From a virus, in the IMG/VR virus record IMGVR_UViG_3300045988_007914: 46,574 nucleotides of DNA; one strand, written 5' to 3'. Positions 17,599 through 23,965 of this stretch are shown here, piece after piece. The notes below the pieces were generated by a model. The model did not search any database. It had not been told where the DNA came from and was given only the letters and a program-made list of their open reading frames with translations. Position 1 is the stretch's first letter, and each line of letters opens with the position of its first letter. A program made the position numbers and the translations under genes.

Positions 17599-18258
17599 AT
17601 GAGCGGACAAATCGCATTGCGTCCGTCATACTGGGCGAGCGTTTCCGGCGGCAAAGATAGTTTGTATATGCTGAATTACATACTGCATAACCTCGATAGA
17701 TACCCTCTCAACGGAGTTGTCCATTTTGAACTCGAAATCGACTATCCGTTTATTCACGATGTTATCGACTACATGGAATCCGAATGTAAGAGGTTCGGTA
17801 TTCAGTTCGTGAGAATCAAACCCCGGAAGTCATGGGGAGAACTGTATGATAAATACGGTTTCCCAACGAGAAAAGCAAGGTGGTGCAACGGTCACTATAA
17901 ACTGGACGCAAGTAGACAGTTATCCGAGTGGTTGAATGAAGTCGGTTTTTATGTAGTGCATTATATCGGGTATTGTGCTGACGAGGAACGCCGTTTCAAC
18001 AAACGGTTGAGTGCCAAAAAGTTAGAGATATACCCTCTTGCAGAAAACGGTATTAACGAAGATGTGATTTTAGAATGGGCGAAGACACAACCTATCTTCA
18101 ATCACTACTACGAGATTAACCAGCGTTGCGGTTGTATGTACTGCCCCATGTCCTCTTATCTGAACTTCGCATACCTGTATAAATACTATCCCGATAATTT
18201 CCAGTTTATGATTGGAAAAATGCGAGAAACCGAAAGATTGAGAGAGAGAGCTTGGTAG
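17599..18258 (+). CDS. PAPS-reductase/PP-loop family protein, apparently truncated at a (GA)n tract
   Basis: SVSGGKDS PP-loop, C-terminal CGCMYCP. The +1 frame stays open for 44 more codons after GAGAGAGAGAG at 18240-18250. Confidence 0.75.
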   Translation: MSGQIALRPSYWASVSGGKDSLYMLNYILHNLDRYPLNGVVHFELEIDYPFIHDVIDYMESECKRFGIQFVRIKPRKSWGELYDKYGFPTRKARWCNGHYKLDASRQLSEWLNEVGFYVVHYIGYCADEERRFNKRLSAKKLEIYPLAENGINEDVILEWAKTQPIFNHYYEINQRCGCMYCPMSSYLNFAYLYKYYPDNFQFMIGKMRETERLRERAW

Positions 18259-18363
18259 ACCGTTCTCTGTGATTTCTTCAAATCCTAAATACAACTCGTA
18301 TTATTTGGAGAATATCATCAAGACAAAATGGCTCAAAAAGCTCAATGAAATGGAGGAAGCACA

Positions 18364-18591
18364 ATGCAGTTAGCAGAAAAACAGGAGTTGGTACGGCTCT
18401 TGAACCTGTACCAAGCTGACCTTCTCATGGACAACGACAACAATATCCGGGAAGCCGCAAAGCACTCGGGTAAGAAATGGGAAGGTACTTACAAAACTGG
18501 TGTGAAAGCCCAGTATGAACACGCTCGTGTCATTGCCGCAAAGCTGTCGGTAGAAATCGGCAAGTCGGTAAAATCTTACTACGAGCTGTAA
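18364..18591 (+). CDS. Hypothetical protein
   Basis: Track ORF with a GGAGG RBS. Confidence 0.5.
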   Translation: MQLAEKQELVRLLNLYQADLLMDNDNNIREAAKHSGKKWEGTYKTGVKAQYEHARVIAAKLSVEIGKSVKSYYEL

Positions 18592-18605
18592 AGGAGGACA
18601 CTGTT

Positions 18606-18923
18606 ATGAATATGGTTTGCAAATGTGGTGGCAAGGAGTTCTTCACCGAGGAACACGGCAATCAGACCGGGCTTTACTGCTCCGCTTGTGGTAAGTGGCA
18701 GAAATGGCTCAAGAAGGACGAGATACGACTTTTCAATCACGGTGTCAAGGTGGAGAACGCTTCTCTGCTGGAACGTCTCAAGGCTCGTATCGAGGAGAGT
18801 GCAATCAAGGTATCTACCGTTAAAGCTCCGCACACCTACATGAAAGCTGTCGGCACGAGGGAGCTTGAAAAGATTCTCGAGGAGGAGTTGGGAAATGAAG
18901 ACACGAAACGACATACTTGCTGA
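18606..18923 (+). CDS. Hypothetical zinc-ribbon protein
   Basis: CKCGG..CSACG. Confidence 0.5.
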   Translation: MNMVCKCGGKEFFTEEHGNQTGLYCSACGKWQKWLKKDEIRLFNHGVKVENASLLERLKARIEESAIKVSTVKAPHTYMKAVGTRELEKILEEELGNEDTKRHTC

Positions 18924-19077
18924 ATACGTCCGCAGTCGTTACCCCGAGATTGAGAAGACCTTCGACTTTGCCGCCTACTCTGCTGGTGTGGCTCTTAAAG
19001 AGTTCGGCAGATGTATCAAGGAAGCGTTCGGAGGTACTGATAAGGAGGTAGACAATGTTTGCGATTCAGAACATTAA
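18895..19077 (+). CDS. Hypothetical protein
   Basis: Track ORF trimmed to the ATG at 18895. Confidence 0.45.
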   Translation: MKTRNDILAEYVRSRYPEIEKTFDFAAYSAGVALKEFGRCIKEAFGGTDKEVDNVCDSEH

Positions 19078-19291
19078 GACCGGGAAGTTTTTGTATGGCA
19101 CAGACTACCGATACCGTCCTCCTCACCAGCGTACCAGCAAGACGAAAATGCTCACTTACAGCTCTATCGCAGAAGCCGCACACGACTTTTGGGTTAAGAG
19201 GAACTGCGGCAAAGATTACAGAATCGTTGTGCTGAAATCGGTTGAGGTTAAGCGAGTGATTGACTACTACGAGAGCAAAAACTTCATTTAA
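19055..19291 (+). CDS. Hypothetical protein
   Basis: Track ORF. Confidence 0.5.
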   Translation: MFAIQNIKTGKFLYGTDYRYRPPHQRTSKTKMLTYSSIAEAAHDFWVKRNCGKDYRIVVLKSVEVKRVIDYYESKNFI

Positions 19292-19300
19292 CACAAAGCG

Positions 19301-19314
19301 GATAAGTATTTATC
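19301..19314. promoter_or_regulatory. Fourth copy of the GATAA-N4-TTATC palindrome (GATAAGTATTTATC), followed by a degenerate copy of the P14/P20 promoter
   Basis: 19335-19362 (TATCTGAAAAGGATTGAAAAACAATCTT) parallels 20618-20645, but no good -10 follows. Confidence 0.4.
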
Positions 19315-19392
19315 AAAAACGACATTTACCAAACTATCTGAAAAGGATTGAAAAACAATCTTTTTATAAGAACGAGTTGTTCTTATTATTAC

Positions 19393-19503
19393 AGTAGTTA
19401 AAGTAGCTGTTCTCAAGGTATTGCGTGTAACTTCCTCTATATAGAAAAATCCCTATATATAGAAGTTATACGCAAAAACCGATTTTCAACTACTTCTACT
19501 ACT
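19393..19503. repeat. Nested-palindromic repeat element, copy A (weaker dyad symmetry extends over 19381-19521)
   Basis: AGTAGTTAAAGTAG...CTACTTCTACTACT termini and inner arms GCGTGTAACTTCCTCTATATA / TATATAGAAGTTATACGC. Homologous to 23082-23190 and, inverted, to 46041-46149. Confidence 0.85.
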
Positions 19504-19533
19504 GCAATAAGAATAAGAAGAAAGGAGACTGAA

Positions 19534-20253
19534 ATGGATATAGATAAGCTGTTAGCAGACAGTTCCGGGGATTCCGAGGAGACTGTTGCGACTAAGGAGA
19601 CTGTTTCCAGCGAGGAGACTGCAATCAGTCCTCGTACCGGGAAACCGATTCAGAAGAAATATGCACCAAAGAAGAAAGGTAAGCCCCGAGGAGGTAATAA
19701 CTGGTTGAAGCCGGAAAACATCGCTCCGGGGCTTGAAGCTGGTGATAACACGAAGTTTCTCTCCGTCAATATGGCGTTGATGAATATGCCGGACATTGAC
19801 ATGGAGAATCCGTTGGAGGTGCAACAGCGACTTTCCGACTATTTTGCTTTGTATGCACAGTATGACATGAAACCTACGGTTGTGGGTATGGCTATTGCGC
19901 TGAATGGACACAACAGACAGTGGCTTTATGCGGTTACACATGACGTACCGGGAGGTGGTGCTGGATATAAGATTGCGTTGCCGCCGGAGGTAGCTGACGT
20001 AATAAAAAAGGCGTACTTTTTGCTCGAAAATTTGTGGGAAAACTATATGCAAAGTGGCAAGGTCAACCCGGTAGCTGGTATCTTCCTCGGCAAGAACAAC
20101 TATGGCTACCAAGACAAGACCGAGTACGTTCTCACACCGAACCAGCAGAACGACAACGACTATTCCGCTGATGAAATCAGAGAACGCTACATTGCAAGCG
20201 ACCAGCAGAAGCGACTTTCAGCAAGCAACTCTGACGAGGACACGAGCGACTAA
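19534..20253 (+). CDS. terS: Terminase small subunit
   Basis: ..KPTVVGMAIALN.. HTH-like part and ..AGIFLGKNNYGYQDK.. hallmark. First gene after the early region. Confidence 0.75.
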   Translation: MDIDKLLADSSGDSEETVATKETVSSEETAISPRTGKPIQKKYAPKKKGKPRGGNNWLKPENIAPGLEAGDNTKFLSVNMALMNMPDIDMENPLEVQQRLSDYFALYAQYDMKPTVVGMAIALNGHNRQWLYAVTHDVPGGGAGYKIALPPEVADVIKKAYFLLENLWENYMQSGKVNPVAGIFLGKNNYGYQDKTEYVLTPNQQNDNDYSADEIRERYIASDQQKRLSASNSDEDTSD

Positions 20254-20325
20254 GCGACTTTCGCCCACGCTCCGACTTTCCGACTATCAGCCGAGCGACT
20301 ATCGACTTTCGACTATCGACTATGA
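20247..20325 (+). repeat. Array of 8 CGACT(A/T)(A/T) motifs straddling the terS stop; the last four form a 7-bp tandem
   Basis: CGACTAA, CGACTTT, CGACTTT, CGACTAT, then CGACTAT CGACTTT CGACTAT CGACTAT at 20296-20323. Confidence 0.7.
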
Positions 20326-20329
20326 AATT

Positions 20330-20354
20330 GCTCCGGGATTTCCCGGGGCTTTTT
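20330..20354 (+). terminator. Rho-independent terminator
   Basis: GCTCCGGG-ATTT-CCCGGGGC followed by TTTTT. Confidence 0.65.
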
Positions 20355-20442
20355 CTATGCAAAAATTCACGGAAATTTTCAGAAAATCAGCCGGACACGG
20401 CACTTACCTCTTTAACACTTTAATACAATAAAGCAAAATGCA

Positions 20443-20480
20443 CCCCGGGCGGCGTGGGTGAATGTGTCCGGCGGCGTTCC
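20443..20480 (+). repeat. Left direct repeat bounding the foreign cassette
   Basis: CCCCGGGCGGCGTGGGTGAATGTGTCCGGCGGCGTTCC recurs at 22493-22538 with a 14-nt insertion and 2 differences. The 15-mer TGTGTCCGGCGGCGT recurs exactly at 22545-22559. Confidence 0.6.
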
Positions 20481-20536
20481 TTCCATATAATGCGAATTTT
20501 GCGCCCGGTTCAATTCGTAAATTTAGAATTTAGGTA

Positions 20537-20565
20537 TTGACAATTCGTATAATAAGAATTAGAAT
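20537..20565 (+). promoter_or_regulatory. Copy of the immunity-region rightward promoter (TTGACA-17-TAGAAT)
   Basis: 20510-20571 aligns with 1901-1962 at about 85 percent identity. A 34-nt core differs at 1 base. Confidence 0.55.
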
Positions 20566-20607
20566 AACAATAACAACACAAACAAGATAAACCGCCAACA
20601 CGAAAAA

Positions 20608-20659
20608 GATAAATTTTTATCTGAAAAGTATTGACAAACAATCTTGAAAGTGTTATTGT
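20608..20659 (+). promoter_or_regulatory. Operator GATAAATTTTTATC plus an extended -10 promoter (TTGACA-17-TGT-TATTGT)
   Basis: Palindrome at 20608-20621, a 9-nt gap, TTGACA at 20631-20636, TATTGT at 20654-20659. Confidence 0.55.
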
Positions 20660-20714
20660 ATAGTCAAGGCAAGACAAGAAACAACACAAATAAGATTATA
20701 TGGAGGTTTTCAAA

Positions 20715-21002
20715 ATGAAAAGATATGAATTAGCACCGAACGGAACACAAAAAAGTTTCTATGGGAAAGCCGTTGTCGAAATTGACAACGCCGGAAACGA
20801 AACGCTTTACAGCTATAACACCCCTATTATAAAGCGGCTTGCAAATGGTTCGCTTGTTAGGTTGTGGGGCGGTTGGAGTAACACCACCGGGAAACATATA
20901 AAAGCGTTTTGCGGTTTGAATAAAGCCGGGTTTATGGGGCTTGAACACGAAACAACGCCACAAGAAAAAGCGGCGGCGTATAACGGTACACTTTACAGAT
21001 AA
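20715..21002 (+). CDS. Hypothetical small protein (cassette gene 1)
   Basis: Track ORF trimmed to the ATG at 20715, after GGAGG. AT-rich, AAA/TTT-biased codon use unlike the rest of the genome. Confidence 0.6.
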   Translation: MKRYELAPNGTQKSFYGKAVVEIDNAGNETLYSYNTPIIKRLANGSLVRLWGGWSNTTGKHIKAFCGLNKAGFMGLEHETTPQEKAAAYNGTLYR

Positions 21003-21021
21003 TAGAACGGAGGGAAAGAAA

Positions 21022-21366
21022 ATGAAAGTTAAAACCACAAGAAAAGCTATTGTAAACGGTTCTTATAATGTTAAATGCGCCGGGTATTGCGATTTGTCCT
21101 ATTTGCTGAATAATCATTCCCCCATTGCGTACACTTGCGGCGTGTATGGTTGGAATTTTGATGTTTATGAGGTTTACGGCGTTACTATTTGTACAGGTTA
21201 TAGAAATATGCCGGGTGCAAGGCTTCAAAAAATTAGCGAATATGAGGAAAAAGCCCGGGCTATTTTGAGTTGGGAAGATAAACGCCCATTTGAAGAAAAG
21301 CAAATAGCCGTTGAAAACCTTTTGAAAGAATTTTGTAAATTGAACGGGGGCGTTATTTATGAATAA
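21022..21366 (+). CDS. Hypothetical small protein (cassette gene 2)
   Basis: Track ORF trimmed to the ATG at 21022, after ACGGAGGGA. Confidence 0.6.
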   Translation: MKVKTTRKAIVNGSYNVKCAGYCDLSYLLNNHSPIAYTCGVYGWNFDVYEVYGVTICTGYRNMPGARLQKISEYEEKARAILSWEDKRPFEEKQIAVENLLKEFCKLNGGVIYE

Positions 21367-21715
21367 ATACAGCTTTACGAACAACGGCAAAACGTGGGAA
21401 CGTATCACGAAAAAGCAAGCCCGGGCGGCTTATAACAACGGTTTAACCGTTCTGTTTTGCCCGGTGAATATGCGCCCCTTTACGCCGTGGCATTTAGAAA
21501 TTGACGTAAACAAGAATTTTGAAGGTTATAACGGCGTTACTTTTGAAAAAGCCGTGAACGCTTTTGAAATTTATAATTGCACCGACAACGAAACCGGGCG
21601 TTATACGGCGTTTTATATCCCGGTTGTAACGGTTGACAGGTTCACCGGGGAAACGCCCACGGCGTACACGTTGGAAACGATAAAACAATACGATTATAGC
21701 GTTATGGAGGGGTGA
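21359..21715 (+). CDS. Hypothetical small protein (cassette gene 3)
   Basis: Track ORF overlapping its neighbours. Confidence 0.6.
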   Translation: MNKYSFTNNGKTWERITKKQARAAYNNGLTVLFCPVNMRPFTPWHLEIDVNKNFEGYNGVTFEKAVNAFEIYNCTDNETGRYTAFYIPVVTVDRFTGETPTAYTLETIKQYDYSVMEG

Positions 21716-21718
21716 AAA

Positions 21719-21982
21719 ATGAAAAGATTTGAAAGTTTATGTAACGAATACAGGGAAAACAAAAGATTGATTGAAGAATTGCAAGCCATGAACGATTCTA
21801 TAAAATCGGATATTCTTGCAATCATGGGAAACGATGAAACACACGTTGAAGGGGCGGCAAAAGCGACAAATAAAACCGTTGTTTCAAGTCGTTTTGATTC
21901 AACCGGATTCAAAAAAGAATACCCGGATTTGTTCACGGAATACAGCCGGGAAACAAGTTATAAACGCTTTTGTGTTCTGTAA
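21719..21982 (+). CDS. Hypothetical small protein (cassette gene 4)
   Basis: Track ORF with a GGAGGGG RBS. Confidence 0.6.
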   Translation: MKRFESLCNEYRENKRLIEELQAMNDSIKSDILAIMGNDETHVEGAAKATNKTVVSSRFDSTGFKKEYPDLFTEYSRETSYKRFCVL

Positions 21983-21995
21983 AGGGGGTTTTATT

Positions 21996-22304
21996 ATGAT
22001 ACATTATAAATTTGTTTCGTGGGACGTTCCCGCATTTGAAACGATTTTAACCGGGCGTATTCCGGCGGCGTTGCTTGCCGCTGATAATGGGAATTTACAG
22101 CCGTTGAAGGATTTACACATTGCAACACAAACCCCGGTTTATAAATGTTCCGGCTGGTGTATTCCTTTTGCGGAATATATGCGCCGCTTTTGGGTGAAAA
22201 CAAAATATTACGGCATTATTAAAATGTACGCATTGAATAAAACAGATATTAGAAAAGAGTTGAAAAGTAATGTAATTGAAATTATGGAGGTTAAAAAGAA
22301 TTGA
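21996..22304 (+). CDS. Hypothetical small protein (cassette gene 5)
   Basis: Track ORF 21816..22304 trimmed to the ATG at 21996. Confidence 0.55.
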   Translation: MIHYKFVSWDVPAFETILTGRIPAALLAADNGNLQPLKDLHIATQTPVYKCSGWCIPFAEYMRRFWVKTKYYGIIKMYALNKTDIRKELKSNVIEIMEVKKN

Positions 22305-22369
22305 TAATATTGTGTATTTTAATTTTTCCGTTCGTTGTGTTAGCTGATTTACTGAAAATGAATAAATAA
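22301..22369 (+). CDS. Possible 22-aa hydrophobic peptide (TTG start), paralogue of 24372..24482
   Basis: Own translation: MIILCILIFPFVVLADLLKMNK. It shares ILIFPF.VL....KMN with the other peptide. Confidence 0.3.
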   Translation: MIILCILIFPFVVLADLLKMNK

Positions 22370-22374
22370 TTTTA

Positions 22375-22402
22375 CAGCCCCGGTTATATGCCGGGGCTTT
22401 TT
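22375..22402 (+). terminator. Rho-independent terminator closing the cassette
   Basis: CAGCCCCGG-TTATATG-CCGGGGCT followed by TTTTT. Confidence 0.7.
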
Positions 22403-22492
22403 CGTGCGTGTACCGCCGCCCGGTAAACGTAAAATATAATCAAGAATAGCCGCCCGGGTATGCGTGGCAAGCCTTGAACGCTTGTGAACGTG

Positions 22493-22718
22493 CCCCGGGC
22501 TTGTGTCGTTCGTGGGCGTGGGTGCATTGTGTCCGGCGTTCGTTGTGTCCGGCGGCGTGGGTTGTTCGGTCGTTCGTGTCGTTGTGTCCGGCTTGCGTTG
22601 TGGGGCGTTTGTGGGCGTTTTCCGGGGCTTTTGTGCGTGGGTGTATGTTTTGATGGGTTTACCGTTTCCCGGGCTTGTGGCGGCGTTCTATGCGGTGTAT
22701 GGGTATGCCCCCGGGGGG
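22493..22718 (+). other. Adenine-depleted GT-rich tract (7 A in 226 nt; none in 22527-22644) with internal repeats
   Basis: Counted by eye. TTGTGTCCGGC occurs 3 times, GCGTGGGT(G/T) 3 times, and CGTTCGT several times. Confidence 0.9.
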
Positions 22719-22788
22719 ATTGACAAGGGGCGAAACCGGGCGAGGGAGTACGCTGAATATTCTCAAAAAATAAAAAGACCCTATAAAA

Positions 22789-22840
22789 GATAATTTCTTA
22801 TCCTATCAGTGTTGACAATCTCCCTTTCTCGTGCTATACT
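22789..22840 (+). promoter_or_regulatory. Operator GATAATTTCTTATC plus an extended -10 promoter (TTGACA-17-TGC-TATACT)
   Basis: Palindrome at 22789-22802, a 9-nt gap, TTGACA at 22812-22817, TATACT at 22835-22840. Confidence 0.55.
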
Positions 22841-22872
22841 CGTATCACAAACAACAAACAGGAGGTCAAAAC

Positions 22873-23082
22873 ATGGTTAAGAATAACATTGAAGTTGATG
22901 TAAAGGTGAAGCTCCTCGAAGCTGGGAAGACACAACAGCAGTTGGGTGAAGAAATCGGCACTACTGGACAGTACATCAACCGAGTTCTCAAGAAGAATGG
23001 TGGAATCGTGAACGATACCTTCGTGAAAATGATGGACGCTCTCGGTTATAACATCGTTCTCACCTACGAAAAGAAGGATTGA
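22873..23082 (+). CDS. Small XRE-family HTH regulator (69 aa)
   Basis: ..GKTQQQLGEEIGTTGQYINRVLK.. HTH. AGGAGG RBS. Confidence 0.7.
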   Translation: MVKNNIEVDVKVKLLEAGKTQQQLGEEIGTTGQYINRVLKKNGGIVNDTFVKMMDALGYNIVLTYEKKD

Positions 23083-23190
23083 AGTAGTTAAAGTAGTTGA
23101 AAACAGCATTTTGCGTGTAACTTCCTCTTAGTACACGCATATATAGCAAAAGTTACCGCAATTTTTGATTTTCTACTACTTTTACTACTT
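23082..23190. repeat. Nested-palindromic repeat element, copy B
   Basis: AAGTAGTTAAAGTAGTTGAAAA...TTTTCTACTACTTTTACTACTT. It starts on the last base of the HTH stop codon and ends 17 nt before the recombinase GTG. Confidence 0.85.
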
Positions 23191-23207
23191 GAGGAGGTGA
23201 ATATCTC

Positions 23208-23963
23208 GTGAAAGCGATTGGTTATATCCGTGTATCTACGGAGGAACAGTCTGCGGACGATAAATACGGTATCGAGGTACAGAAACAGGCGATTTCAGAT
23301 TATGCCAACAGGAATGATTTTGAAATCGTGTGCTGGCTGACCGATACAATCAGCGGTGCGAAGGACAACCGCCCGGAACTGGACAAGATTCTCTACAATG
23401 CAGACCAGCTCCCGGCACATGAAGCCGTGATTGTGTTCAAGAATGACCGTGTTGCTCGTGACACAAAATTGTATTTCTACTACTTCTACACGCTCGAGAA
23501 GCGGAACGTGAAGCTGTTGTCTACCGAGGAGCATTTCTCGGAGGGTGATGATTTCGCCAACATCTACCGCTCTCTGCTGATGTTCGTTGCTGAACAGGAA
23601 CGAAAGAACATTGCTCTGCGTACCGGGCGTGGGCGGTCTCTCAAGGCACAGTGCGGTGGGTATTCCGGCGGCAACAAGCCGTATGGTTATTACTGCGTAG
23701 ACGGTATGCTCATGCAGAACCCGGAAGAACGACCTATCGTGGAGACGGTATTCCGAGAGCATGACGAGAATCACACCTCTTTGCTGGACATTTGCGAGAT
23801 TCTATACGATGGTGGGTATCGAACCCGAAAAGGCAAGAGATTTCAGCCGTCCACCATTCGAGGAATCCTATCTAACCGTCCCTTCTATGAGGGTAAGTAC
23901 AAATATGGAGACATGGGCTGGGTGCAGGGCGTACACTCCCCGATTCTCCCATTGGAGGTGTAG
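23208..23963 (+). CDS. Second serine recombinase, short form (251 aa): catalytic plus partial recombinase domain, no zinc ribbon or coiled coil
   Basis: MKAIGYIRVSTEEQ.. (Ser nucleophile), ..FKNDRVARD.., ..GGNKPYGYY... GTG start after GAGGAGG. Confidence 0.8.
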   Translation: MKAIGYIRVSTEEQSADDKYGIEVQKQAISDYANRNDFEIVCWLTDTISGAKDNRPELDKILYNADQLPAHEAVIVFKNDRVARDTKLYFYYFYTLEKRNVKLLSTEEHFSEGDDFANIYRSLLMFVAEQERKNIALRTGRGRSLKAQCGGYSGGNKPYGYYCVDGMLMQNPEERPIVETVFREHDENHTSLLDICEILYDGGYRTRKGKRFQPSTIRGILSNRPFYEGKYKYGDMGWVQGVHSPILPLEV

Positions 23964-23965
23964 AA

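Noticed and set aside
19348-19380. A functional promoter in the degenerate P14/P20-like copy upstream of repeat A
   Set aside because: A -35-like TTGAAA is present, but no acceptable -10 lies at 16-18 nt spacing. It could still be an activator-dependent late promoter, so only the palindrome is recorded as a feature.
22484-22793. Track ORFs 22484..22723 (79 aa) and 22503..22793 (96 aa) as protein-coding genes
   Set aside because: They lie in the adenine-depleted tract, where stop codons cannot occur, so all + frames are open by composition alone. There is no SD, and the translations are low-complexity (V/G/C/F/R). A small membrane protein cannot be fully excluded.
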